Below, piece by piece: positions 39,190-52,214 of a stretch of 64,000 nucleotides of DNA (its first letter is position 1; every line of letters starts with the position of its first letter). Under the pieces are notes generated by a model, which was not told the DNA's origin, did not search any database, and saw nothing but the letters and a program-made list of their open reading frames with translations. This DNA comes from Podarcis gaigeae. Its lineage: Eukaryota. The DNA lies in assembly GCA_964106915.2 (NCBI GenBank), contig OZ066921.1; one strand, 5' to 3'. The position numbers and the translations under genes are program-made.

Positions 39190-39257
39190 GCAAGGGCAGG
39201 TCCAGCTAATGCAACCCATTTGCACTAATGGATTGCATTAGCTGGACCTGCCCTTGC
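39190..39257. repeat. Near-perfect inverted repeat (31-bp arms, 6-nt loop)
   Basis: gcaagggcaggtccagctaatgcaacccatt-tgcact-aatggattgcattagctggacctgcccttgc; one mismatch. Confidence 0.95.
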
Positions 39258-41571
39258 TGAGTAAATTCAAATACTAGGAAAGGGGAGAGAAAGTTTTACT
39301 GAAATTCTAATGGATGGGGGCAAGTTCTTGCTATGCCTACCTTACTTTTGAGGTGGCCATGGGGTTTTGTGAATGCCACTCCTCTCTGGGAATAGAGATA
39401 GCATGCCTCTGAAGGCCAGTTTCTGGGAAACTTGAGTAGGAGGCTTCTACGGCTTTTATATCTTGCTTGAGGTCTGAATCTGATTGGCTACCATTGGAAA
39501 TAGGATACTAGACTACACCCAGTAGGGCTCTTCTGATGTTCATCATAATCATATCCTGTATCTCTTATGATCAGGCAGTGAGCACCATTGCATACGCAGT
39601 CAAAATGGCACCCCTCAAACAAAAGAGAAGAGGGATCAATAGGCTTAGGATGACACCAAAGTTTGCAGAAGTTAAAAATCTGTTGGGGGGATGGAAGGAC
39701 AGCCTAGTGAGCAGCACAAGTCTGGGGAAGGGAATGGCAGGAAAGAAGGGATGGGATAGAATACCTGGACTCCTGAGCAGGCCGCTCCCACCCTGGTACA
39801 TTTTGAAGCAGGTCCCACTTGAATCTTTAAAAATGAAGCCTCAGAGGCAGTGTGCTACTTCATACCTGTTACTGGGTGAGAGGCCACCCTGGCAGCAGCC
39901 CTTGGTGAATTTATTATTACGGTTTAATTTATTTAGAATCCAATTTCTTGCCAAAGTGGCTTCTAAGCAGTTTACAAGTGCTAAACCAATTATAAACATA
40001 TATCCAATATCTAATTACAAAGTACGCAATGCAACGATTTCATCAAAATGTTAAAACTATCTATAATGAAAGCATGGCATAAAAAGAAGCCAATTGAACA
40101 GCATAAGCAGCAACTGAAATTATTAGAGCAGGAGGTTCAAGTCAGGAGATAAGGGGAAAGCTGGTCTAAACAGGTGTCTTTTCAAGAGCCAGCAGAATAT
40201 TGATACTGGCTTACTGGGTGGACATAGGTGGGCAGAGGCGCTGAAAAGTTCAACAGTTCAAGCTGCCCAATATTCCTTTCAAAGCCACCTTCCTGGTGGC
40301 ACTGAGAAGAGAAATGCCAGGCAGTGCCATTGCAGCCTCTGGGCTTTGCCCTCTGCTTTATGCATTGCTTCCTGATGCTTTGTGGGGGAAATCAAAATGG
40401 CAGCTACCAGTAGCAGCCCAGCACTTCTTGACCCTGAACCTTAAATAATATAAAATAAAATAAAATTAGGAGGTACTAGTGTTGGCTGTGGTGGACCCTC
40501 TACAACAGATCCAGTTCAGCACGAGAGTGGGACTAAGTCTTTCTTGTTCCATTTCCATACTGATTCTGAGGCGGAATCAAAAAAAGAAAGAAAGACGTAC
40601 TTCTAAGGAAGGCTGAGGTGTGCTACTCTGATAACAGATTTTTCTTTTCTTGCCTTTTAAAAAGCTCCCTAATGGGTAATTCAGCTGCCCACAGCCTGCA
40701 GTCACTCTCAAAGGGAATTTTGTCCATGTGGGCAGTCATGCTTCCTCCTGTACAATTCCATCTGAGAAAGAGTCTAGGCTGCCAGTGGCCGAATGACCTG
40801 TTGGAGAGCTTTTTAGAAGACAAGGGGGGAAAACTGCCAGCAGAAAGAGGCAGCGGTGCAGTTCTTGGACTCCTTTGTAAAGGACTGCAGATTCTTACAC
40901 AGAAAACTGGCCTGCCAATAAGCACAACTCTCCCACCCAGCCACAACAAGCACCCAGACAAAAGTACAGAATAAAAAGTACAGAATAAATTCACTCATAA
41001 TGAAAGAGAATTTCAAGCAGCTAATATCTGAATTACAATCCCTGCAACACGTGAATCAAAGAAATTACTGCTATATTTGCCACAGTTCTAGAAGCCTCCT
41101 TATTTTCACTTGCCCAAATAATTCCTGTTTTCTGGCCAGTATTCATGGATTTCGAAAAGAAAAGTGGTTGAGAAACAGATTGTGCACATTTTTATACATG
41201 GTCTAACTATTATAGAAGCAACACACCCCTTTACCTGAACTTCTCATTCTTTGTGCTTTTAGTCTCCAAGAACTTTTTTTTAAACGAGGTTCTGCATAAT
41301 ACACGTTTTACATGTTAATAATTCACTTCAGAGTTGTTACATCCTTGCTGTACATGGAAGTGCAAAATCATGCTATGTGCAACCTGTGGAGTACACCCAG
41401 TTTCCCTCAAGCCACACTTTATATACTTGCGCTTGACTGTTCATGCAGTCAGGATAATGGGAATTATATGGAAATTGTGCTGCTCAAGCTGTTAGGAAGC
41501 TTTGATTGACAGGCGTCTGGACTTTGGGGGAGTACTATATAGCTCATCAATAAAGAATAAGTAAGTAGAGT

Positions 41572-42365
41572 AATACTACTACTACTACTACTACTAATAA
41601 TAATAATAATAATAATAATAATTTATTGTATTTATTTTTAAGAAATTATGCTTTGCTCAATTATACAAAGCCTCAAAGTGGTTTACAAAAAGGAAAAGAA
41701 GATAAAAATCATCACTAAAAACAATTAATAACAATAATTAAAAACATGTAAGAAATTAACAATAAACTAAAAAATGGATTAAAGCATTCTAAATATCTAG
41801 GTAGGCCTGCCTAAACAAAAATGCTTAAAAGTATATAGTGAAGGTACCTGCCTGATATCAACAGGCAGGGAGTTCCAAAGTGTAGGTGCTGCCACACTAA
41901 AAGATTGTGTTCTTACTAATGTGGAATGGGTATTATGTGGCAGCTGTAACAGCGTCAGTTCCCCAGATTAAAGTAGCCAGGCATAGGAGCCAACTCCTAG
42001 GGAGCCACTGCCATTCCAATAGTGTGTGTACACTGCATCTTGTGATTGATTATGCGGGGCGGGGCTTACCTTACCTAGAGTTGGTACCCTTGAAGTCAAA
42101 TGGGCATATATGGGGTGAGGCAATCTTGCAGGTAAGGTTGTTATGGTCTTGATATACTAACACCTTGAACTTGACCCAGTAGCAGATTGGCAACTAGCGC
42201 AGATCTCTTGAGTGGAGGTGTTTTATGCTGACGAGGTCCAACTCCTATCAACAATTGTGCTTCAGCATTCTGCACTAACTAAAGTTTCTGTATCAAGCGC
42301 AAGGGAAGCCCCACATAAAAGGCAATGCAGTCTTAAAGTGACCAGTGGATGAACTACTGTGGCCA
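41572..42365 (-). mobile_element. L2-type LINE 3' fragment with (TAC)n(TAA)n tail and a small nested insertion (~41980-42070)
   Basis: Simple-repeat tail then taggcctgcctaaacaaaa...ggcagggagttccaaagtgtaggtgctgccacactaaaaga...accttgaacttgacccagtagcagattggcaact; homologous to ~58840-59125 and ~43050-43335. Confidence 0.7.
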
Positions 42366-43339
42366 GGTTTAATTTACATGATTTATACCATTTTGTATAC
42401 ATTTTTTGGCTGGAGAACTGCATTGCAAAATTCAAAGTAGTGTGAATTTCAAAGGATAGCTGTGTTTCCGTCCAATTTTTGTTTCAGGAAGTGTGAATTT
42501 CCAGAACAAATCTCTCCCCCGTCTCAGAATGCTTCCATGTGCACCACAATACTGGCAGAGGGGAAAAAATATCTAATCCACCACTGGAGTTGCCTCCAAG
42601 GCTGGTGTATCGTATTTTTCTATCTTCAGTTGCACGGCTTGTTTGAGATATGAGCTACTGCTGCGTTTACATTTGTGCCACTGCTTCAATAATCGAACGA
42701 GGCGCACAGTCCATCATGCATTAACAAGAAGCTTTGATTTGCCAGTGCCTCTTTAGCAACACTCTCACTCTTTCCTCATCCAACCCAAGAGGAATAAGCT
42801 TCAATTTCTTCCAGAAATTGGATGTTATCAAAAGGCCAGGTGCTGTGTGGAAAAACTCTATGGCATCAAAGGCAAAGCTTTCTTCCTATAGGACCTTCAG
42901 AAAACCAAGGGCTACTTTCTAAGTTGTGATTTTGTGGCATGTGGTTGCTCTTGCAAGTTGTTTCCCATGTCAAACCATATTTCAAAAACTGTATGGGCTA
43001 AAGATATGTGGATGCATGTGTGATTGCTGACAGGAGTGAGACCTTGTCATTATATTATACCCCTTCTCAGAGATCTGCACTGGCTGTTGTTACTGAGCCA
43101 AATTCAAGGTGCTACTATTAGTATATAAAGCCCTTAATAGCCTGCTGATTTAAAGGCTTCCTTTATTCCACATGTGGACACTCAACCTCTTTAATATGTG
43201 GACCTGCCACTTTTACAAGTGGTAAAATGTTCCCCATTTGCAAGGAATCAATCTCTAAGCATGGCAGCTCCTATTCTCTGGAACTTCCTGCCAGTTAATA
43301 TTTGGCAGATGTCTTCACTACACTGTTTTCAATCCTGTA

Positions 43340-43686
43340 AAGGTAAAGGGACCCCTGACCATTAGGTCCAATCGCAGACGACTCTGGGGTTGCAGCGCTT
43401 ATCTCGCTTTACTGGCTGGGGGAGCCGGCATACAGCTTCCGGGTCATGTGGCCAGCATGACTAAGCCACTTCTGGCAAATCAGAAAAGTGCACGGAAACG
43501 CCATTTACCTTCCCGCTGGAGCGGTACCTATTTATCTGCTTGCACTTTATGCTTTTGAACTGCTAGGTTGGCAGGAGCAGGGACCAAGCAACAGGAGCTC
43601 ACGCCGTGGTGGGGATTCGAACTGCTGACCTTCTGATGGGCAAGCCCTAAGCTCTGTGGTTTAACCCACAGTGCCACCCACATCCC
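43340..43686 (-). mobile_element. Sauria SINE, full length
   Basis: tRNA-like head gggatgtgggtggcactgtgggttaaaccacagag, core agtcatgctggccacatgacccggaag, (acctt)n tail; short TSD cctgta. Confidence 0.95.
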
Positions 43687-45917
43687 TGTATCGCATAGTA
43701 ATACAGGGAATGTAAGAGTATGCATACCAAGTCAGATTTCTGGCCCATCTACTGACTGAATGGGAATGACCAAATGAGTTTTCTAGGGTTTCAGACCTGG
43801 TTTTTCCCCAGCTTGACCTGCAGATGCCACAACTTCAACCACTGCTGTTCATCTGCCACTGCTGCTCTGCCACTGCTTTACTGAACTCCTAACCCAGCAA
43901 TCACAATTTAAAAGTGCATTGAGCACATGTGCATATTGCTTTTAAAGACGGCCAGTCCTTTTAGAAAGGGCAGAGCAGTGGTAGTCACTGGGCAGAAGCC
44001 TCAGAAAGGCAGTCATAGGAGTGGGTGAATCTGTCAATTCTGGTTTCTCTCAGTTTCTCATTTTTTCCCCAACCTTAAACTCTCCATATTTCCACATCAG
44101 TTTGCAATTTGCAATTTATTTACGTTTTGTAAAGTCCTCATGACAATCAACAGCATTTTAATGCAATTTTCTCAAAGATGCACATGTTGGTATGCATTTT
44201 TGCCTCATATACATATTTTTGCAATGCAGTTTTCTCTAAAATAATGTGCTTTAGTATGTCATTTTCACAAATACATGCACCCTTGGTCTATGCATTTTTG
44301 TACAGATTACTCGGCTGGGAAACCGGACTGTGAAATTTAGAGAAGTGTGAATTTCAAAGGGTGGCTGCATTTTTTTGTTCTTATATTGTTTGAGAAGTGT
44401 GATTTAGAGAAGGCTCCCATTTAAATGTGAACTGAGTCAAAGTTCGCCCCATCCCTAGTCGGAGGTGAACCCTTGCAGGTAAGAGGAGTGCTTGGAAGAG
44501 GCAGAGCAAGGAGCTATACTTGAAAATTGCTTATGTGTTCCCAAATGTGGGTTGGTGCCTGTCTTTCTGCTGCGATCCCACAGAATGCTTCTCTTTCAAT
44601 TGGCACTTGCCAGCTTCTTTAATACATTCGTTTGACTGCAAAGGGTTCTCGGTGACTACTTTGGAAATAGCTCCCTAATGATGCTTGACAATGCCCTCCT
44701 CCCTTTGAAGGGGGGGGGGATGCAGCTACGCAGGAGCCTAATCCCACAAAAGAAGGCAATCTTGTTAACCTCTGTCTCTATCCTTTCTGTTTAGTCACCA
44801 CCTTTAATGAAGCACAGAGGAGGAGGGGGGAACTCAACCTCCGCAGAGACACGGTGACTTTACATGGTCATCTCTTGCTATAGGTGAAAGTACTGCACGC
44901 ATGCACGCACACATCTTTATCTCATGCCCAGCCCTTTCTCCTTGCATCCCTTTAATTGTCAGAACTGGAGGAAATCCGGACTGAGGTAACTAACACTTCA
45001 GCAGCAACAGAATAGCTTCACTTTAGGCAATGAATTTTTAATAAGCTGAGACTGCAGAGGGAAATGTTTCGGGGCCGAGCTCTGCGCTGCTTATCTGATG
45101 GGGAAGGTCAGTGATTGAAGGGAGGGAGGGCATGGATGAGAGAACAGATCTGACAAAGCTCTTCAGCTGAGATTTCAGGTTGTCTCTCACACAAGCAGAC
45201 CTTAACCTATTACAGCCTCCTTTCCAATATAGCCACTTGCATATGCATTTGTCCAGCCTTCCCCCTCTTCATGCATCCACAATAAATTTAGAGGGAGGGA
45301 AGAGAGAGCTGTACTTCTCATTTTGCAGAAAATACTGAGAGATCTGGGTGCTCCATTTGGTGGAGTGGTACTTAATTCTGTTTGCAGGCGGGCAAATTGG
45401 TGGGGTGTGGCTAACAATAGGGGAGCAATTCAGTTCAGTTTGCATTTAAAGCAAACCTACCTAATTTTTTCATTTTCTGAAAGAATACGCAAACCGGAAT
45501 ACAGCCATACTTCAAAATTCCCCTTTCTTTGAATTTTGCAATGTAATTGCCCAGCCAAGTAGTTTGTACAGAAATGCATATATTCGGGGGAAGTGTGTTT
45601 AAACATTATGTGTTGTTTTCACAAATTGCATTATGTTGCAAAAATATGTATACTGGCAAAATTGCATACGAAAATGTGTATGTTAGCAGAAATTCACAGT
45701 GAAATGTTGATGAAGAAATAAATTTTAAAAGATGCACAAACTGATGTGGAAAACAGGAGAACTGAATTTGAGATTGGTAAAATGAGAAACTGATAGAAAC
45801 TGAAATGGACCAATTTGTACATTACTCAGAGTGTTTTCCTCTGTGAATACTGTTCTGCATAAAACCTGCACTGCTGTGGGATGCAGCCAGATTATACTCA
45901 GTTATATATTGAGGATT

Positions 45918-46271
45918 AAAGGTAAAGGTACCCCTGACCATAAGGTCCAGTCGCAGACAACTCTGGGGTTGTGTGCTCATCTCACTCTATAGGTTGAGGG
46001 AGACGGCGTTTGTCCGCAGACAGCTTCTGGGTCATGTGGCCAGCATGACTAAGCCGCTTCTGGCAAACCAGAGCAGTGCATGGAAACACCATTTACCTTC
46101 CTGCTGAAGCGGTACCTATTTATCTACTTGCACTTGATGTGCTTTCAAACTGCTAAGTGGGCAGGAGTTGGGACTGAACAATGGGAGCTCACCCCATCGA
46201 GGGGATTCGAACCGCCGACCTTCTGATTGGCAAGCCCTGGGCTCTGTGGTTTAGACCACAGCACCACCCGC
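45918..46271 (-). mobile_element. Sauria SINE, near full length
   Basis: Same head, core and tail as 43340. Confidence 0.95.
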
Positions 46272-49200
46272 TGTGGTATAAAATAAAGTCGTAGATGAAA
46301 CACAGGATTATAAACATAAAGGAAGAAAATTTGCAAGATACGTGTAGTTTATGTATCACTTTTTTGAAAAAGAAATAAGTACCTGAAAAAGCATGGTGTG
46401 TCTAAACAAAATTCAAACAACCAGGCAATGTTAAATCATATTTGCTGTTACCCTATGAACTAGATTTGCAAATGCTTAGAAGGAATTATCAGTGGTTCCA
46501 GCCTCTGTGTATACTTTTCACATTTTTCTCTCAAACAGTTCTCTTTCCTTCTTAATCTTCTCCTTTGTCACATCTGTATCTCACAGCTGCTTTACCAGGG
46601 TCAGTCTCTATTTTCTAGTGCCCATCTATCCTTATTTTGCTTTTGTGGGGAGAAGCATGCCCAGTGGAACTTACTCCAAACTAACCATGTATTTGATTAG
46701 AGCTATGGTCATTTCCCCTGAACTGCACAGGTTCCTATTTTACCAAAATATGCAATCTTGTGCACACTTAGGGAAGGGCAGACATTTGCTTAAGTCAGTG
46801 GTGGGGAACCTTTTCCACACAGACCTAATTAAACCTGCCGTGTCTTCTTATTTAGCCTGCAAAGTGCTTTTAAAAAACAAAAACAAAATATGTCCACCCA
46901 TCCATAACTTGATGTCATAGGATGTCATGTGCTAGACAGGTGACGCACTGAATTCCAAAGGAAGAATGCATTCCTGATTCTCCCTTTCCATGCGCTGCTT
47001 CGCTTTTTAAATTTGGCACCATTCCCCATCACCATACACTTAAGAGTGTGCTACCAGTTCTTCCTTTGAAGCCTCAGCTGTCGCTTGAATTCAAGGGAAG
47101 AATCTTTGCCACCTTTTTGAATCCAAGCCATGGAAGGAAGACTCTCCCTTTGAAGCAATAGTTTTAAGTTTAAACATCAGATTTTTGGCATTCAATAAAT
47201 TTTGCAGCTTGTTTTTGTGTGTGTATCTCAACAAAATTTAATACTCTGCCTTAGATCAGAGCTACAAGTTTAGGCAAATAAGAGACATAATTTGGTAGAA
47301 GAGATGTAATTTGGCAAAATACACTTTGCCATATTAAAGATTTTATAATGTGCATAAATATTAATAAAAATACACCAGTTCTGATGAAACAATATAAGAC
47401 AAGAATGAACATGTCCTCTCAGATAAGCTGAAACAAAACACTCACTCTTTCTCCCTTGTTTTGGTTCCTAATTTTGATTTCATGTGTGGAATGCTTTTGG
47501 GATTTATTTTTTTAAAATAATGGCTAGAGGCCTCAAAGGCTGGAAGTGACCTGGGCCTCTGCAGAGCTCTGAGAGGGCCTGTTCCTAATGAAGTCATTAG
47601 AAGCATGGCCAGGCCTGAGTCACAGTGGCTCAGTGGAATCCAAATATCTTACAATGGCCATCAGTGGCATCCAACTGGCATTCTGCCACTGACAAAAATA
47701 ATTTGTCAACAGACTGCGGAATGAGGCAATGTTCAAATATTTCCACTGCAGTCCTTCACCCCAGAAATCTGCCCTAGGGTGTTGGGGGCCCTCTGAAGCC
47801 GATTTTAAGGTATAGGGAGCTGCAGGGAGGAAACTGCCAAATATTGCCTCACCCTCCAGTCTCCTGATGTATTCCTTGTGTTAGCAATGAAGGAACACCA
47901 ATTGGAGACCACTGTGAAGAGTTTCCTAGGTGTTTGCATCCCATAAAGAAGAAAAAGAATGTAATACCTGGCCTAGAAATGAGGACTGGGTATAAGAACA
48001 ATTGACTTGCTGAAGTCTACTTTCTCATTCAGCCGTCATCTACATAGTACCCATTATACTGGGCAGGAGTAAGAGATAATGACATATATGGAGTGGGTGG
48101 GGGAAGGTTAGTAGGACCTCATTCTAGGGATGTATAAGGAAATAATCAACCCTATTGGAGAGGGAGGGGAAGCAGGCATTGAGGGGATAAAAGGGATTTT
48201 AAAGCAAAGATGTAAAGTGTTGATTAGGAAGGCAAATATGACAGGGGAAGGGGGGAGCAGAGAGAAAACTAAATTGCCCATGGGATGAATAAAACAATAA
48301 CAGATTTGTTATAAGTACGAAAAGGAGGGGAGATTAACAGGGAGAGCCTCTTGCACCACTGGAAGGAACATGCAAGGGAGTTAATAACACAAACAGAATC
48401 TCTGGAGGAAGAAATGGAATAATTTATTCTTGAAAGATCAGCAAGGCAAACCATAGGTGAAAAAGATAGAGATGGTCCTTCTTGCAGCAGAACCCAGAAT
48501 AAACTAAAAAGGAAGTGTGTCTGCAAACCACAAAATGACACAGCAGGGTGAACTGTTGTTACATCACCTTCTACACAATCGTCTCAAGGCAGCATGCAAT
48601 AAAAACAGTAAAACCAAGTTAAATCACAAAAGTAGACATATCTAAAACAAAATTAAAACAATAGAAATATAAAATAGATCATGGCAGAGATCTCTTCATT
48701 TGTCTTAAAAAGCTTGTTGGTACAGAAATGTCTCCAATGTCCCCATGGGCCCCTGTGCTAATCCACAGAACAGGAGCACCTTCACTGAAAGCATTGTCTG
48801 GCGTTATTACAGAAGAATCTCTTCTGCAGACTGCAGGGATCTACCGGGTATATAAGGTATATTTGGGGCATGTAGGATCTACCGTGTTTTTTACTAAAAA
48901 ACCCTGAAATCCACCAATCAGAGCGAGGTGTGAAATAGTGGCTTGGGTTAAGACTATACTAAGTATTAAGGACCAGGATGACTCCTTGCAAGTGTTCATT
49001 CCAGTAATTTGTGAAGCAAAAGTTGTTTTAAACTGTTCTTAATATTTTAAATGGCTGTGATACAGCTTGGGTCCTTATAGTGAAGAGTGGGTAATAAGTG
49101 GAATTAACAGCAACACTGGAGCAAGCTCACAATTCCTTTTGCATAAAAATCCCTTCCTGGTTTTCCCTAAAGCTTTTCATTTCAGCAAACTATTTTATTT

Positions 49201-49445
49201 TTTAGGTGGGTGACTTTTTAGTTGCTGCTATTGTTAGACATTTGGAAAACAGAAACCTTTGCCAATCTACTGCAAGAATCATCTGGAGATCTACCAGTAG
49301 ATCCAGATCTATCTTCTGTCAACATCTCTGGTGTAGATATGCCCAAAGAATGGATCAGTACAGTCTCATATCTGATATGGCCTAGCCAGTTTTTGACAAC
49401 AGCATGAAAGGCAGAAGGAGGATTTACAAAGCAGCGGGCATAATC

Positions 49446-49446
<1 letters not shown>

Positions 49447-49481
<35 letters not shown>
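49447..49481. repeat. (GT)n microsatellite
   Basis: Direct reading. Confidence 0.95.
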
Positions 49482-49482
<1 letters not shown>

Positions 49483-51289
49483 ATTTAAACACAGCAGAGC
49501 ACTCTAGATTAATGCTTAAGGCTAGCAAGTATGGCATAAAAACCATTGTCCTTGAAAGACTTCAGGAAATGGTTAGGTGATTAAGGGCAGATTGTAATGG
49601 TAAAACTTTATGGGTCAGAGAGGAGGAAGGTGATGTGGTGAGCACATCTTTCTAGAGGTCACCATTATGACAGTTCCGTATTTTCAACTGGGCACAAAAA
49701 TCTATTCTGAAGAAGCACAATCGGTAAAAGGTTGGTTCTATATGCACCCACACCGTGGACGAAATTTAACTCTGGGCTGAAATCAATGTGAATTTCGTTT
49801 TCGTGGACGGAAGGATTAAGATGACGTGTGCCTTTGCAGATGGCCAAAAAGTGGCGGATCAGCAAATCCGACAACCTACAAGATTTGAGTCAAAGTCAAA
49901 GCGATCCTGGCCAAACCTCAGAAGAGCTGTCTGTCACCGCCTGGTGCTAAATACCTGCACCAGGATGTCTGCTTGCAAGAATGGAGTGGCGCCTTTGCAG
50001 TGCCAGCAGAATGTCATGGTTTGAGGACATTGTGGTGGCACAGAAGACTGCAACCCATTATGTACAATTACCGGCATAGCTAATCTTATGAATGTGCTAT
50101 TAGACCCATATTGAACACACCTTTTGGAAAGCAAACAAGAATAATGAAATCCTGACATGGTGTGCGTTTTAGTTTATGTGCTACAAATTTACACCCTAGC
50201 CTAACCTAGAGGCTCAGAGCACCCTTCAACTTTTTAAAAAGTTCCTCTCCTTTGTTGTGCATTGGTCTCCTTGAACTTCTGTGAAGCCTTAACCTCTTTA
50301 AAATGCCATTATAAAAAAGAGCAACAATATCTACACCGGGAGTAGCAAGAAAATAAATTGTGATCTTCTGGATTGTCAGATTATTTGCAGTTGATCGGCA
50401 GGAGTTTCTTAATCTTAATTGCTTAACAATAGTAAGGCATCCCCCTTCCATAAATTAGGCTGTCTAAACCCCTCCCATAACTCTGTTGTAGGTATATATA
50501 TGCAGGTCATCCCAGTGAATATATGCCCATGGGATGCGGCAGGTTCCCCTAAGCCACATTTTTTTACATCTGACTATGGCTGGCAAACCTCAAACTTCTA
50601 GCAAAAAACAAAATCACAGACTTCTTCCCCAGCACAACCCTCACATTTGATCCCGATCTTTCTTATTCTGTCCTCCCAAACCCTCCCAATTTCACAAACC
50701 CATGTCCACTAAAAAATTGTATCAAAGAAGTAAGCTCAGGTCCAGGCATTCACTGCAGAACATGTGAAGCTTCTTATAGGAACGCCTTCTGAGTTATGTC
50801 ACACACAAATGGGCAACATACCCCAACCGATGCATGATTGGCTGAGTTTGAAGGGGGCTGGTTCATCACACAAAGTGTTTCCAATAGTCATAAGCAGCCC
50901 ATTCTTTGTGTGACGATCCAGCCCTGCCTTCAAAACTCATCTGATCATGGGCCTGTTCTTGATCCACCTATGTGTCATGGAATGCACTACAGCAGATGCC
51001 AGTAGCACTGGTATTGATTTTAGGGGAGAGAAATAGAACAGAATCCAGCCTCATAAATCCCTGACAGAACGAGAAACTAAGCAGCAGGATGCCTGGTGTC
51101 TTCACCATCTCAGGGGCAGCTGCAACTGATTCTAGGATTCCTATAAAGGAAACCTACATCAAGACTAGAGATGTTGGTGCATTTCAGGAGTCAGGGAAGA
51201 GGGAGTCCTACCCACTTACAACAGAGTGCAGGTCAATAAAGAACAAATGCAGTGTACGATAGGGAAATTCTTTGTTGGGATTACAGCTT

Positions 51290-51460
51290 TGTGTTATTCA
51301 TGCTTATCCCAACAAGCTGTTTCAGGCACAGATAGCGATCGCAAATTGATTAATTGATTAATCACACCTGCTAATTACATCTCACAAATAGGCAAAATTA
51401 ATATTTCATGCTGGTCTTAAAAGGGATTAATTTCCTACAGATAAGCCAGAAAGATGGTGG
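51290..51460. promoter_or_regulatory. Candidate homeodomain-site-rich enhancer
   Basis: aaattgattaattgattaatcacacctgctaattac: overlapping TAAT/ATTA sites and E-box CACCTG, with GGATTA and AGATAA nearby. Confidence 0.35.
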
Positions 51461-51660
51461 GGTGGGTTGCACAGACGATGGCATGGAGGAAGTTTTATAA
51501 CATAAAAAAGTATTGTATTTAAGCAGGTCAAATACTAGTAAGAGTAATAGTTGGCAGCGTAATAGCAGTCAGTCTCATTCCTAAAGTTTTTAAAGTGGAG
51601 ATACTCACTAAATACAGACACATATTTATTGTATCATTCATCACCTTTTCATCCTAAAGA

Positions 51661-52036
51661 GGGAGCAGATGGCACTGTGGTCTAAACCACTGAGCCTCTT
51701 GGGCTTGCTGATCAGAAGGTCAGTGGTTCGAATCCACGCAACGGGGCAAGCTCATGTTGCTCTGTTCCAGCTTCTGCCAACCTAGTAGTTTGAAAGCACA
51801 CCAGTGTAAGTAGATAAATAGGTACCACTGCGGTGGGAAGGTAAACACCATTTTTGTGCGCTCTGGCTTCTGTCACAGAGTTCCATTGCACCAGAAGTGG
51901 TTTAGTCATGCTGGCCACATTACCCGGAAAGCTGCCTGTGGACAAATGCCAGCTCCCTTGGCCTGAAAACAAAATGAGAGCCGCACCCCACAGTTACGTT
52001 CGAATGGACTTAACTGTCCAGGGTCATTTACCTTAC
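51661..52036 (+). mobile_element. Sauria SINE, full length
   Basis: Head gggagcagatggcactgtggtctaaaccactgag, B box ggttcgaatcc, tail tttaccttac; TSD catcctaaa on both sides. Confidence 0.95.
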
Positions 52037-52160
52037 CATCCTAAACCATGCCCAAGATGCTATATGGATAAAATATACCTTTATGAATATGTACAGGTCT
52101 ATTTTCAAAAGAGCAGCAGTGATTTAGAATAGAGTTTAATTTATTTATTGCCTTTTCAGA

Positions 52161-52214
52161 AAGGAAGGAAGGAAGGAAGGAAGGAAGGAAGGAAGGAAGG
52201 AAGGAAGGAAGGAA
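52161..52214. repeat. (GGAA)n microsatellite
   Basis: Direct reading, about 13 units. Confidence 0.95.

Noticed and set aside
39536-40054. 172-aa plus-strand ORF
   Set aside because: Starts in a CR1-type tail and ends in an L2-like AT-rich tail; no homology or splice support.
40623-40798. Minus-strand acceptor plus open frame as another alternative terminal exon
   Set aside because: Moderate acceptor only, unrecognised peptide, and no paralogy or motif support.
41235-41291. 57-nt minus-strand AG/GT segment (xTSFKKKFLETKSTKNEKFR) with a good donor in phase 2
   Set aside because: No polypyrimidine tract and no independent support; could be chance.
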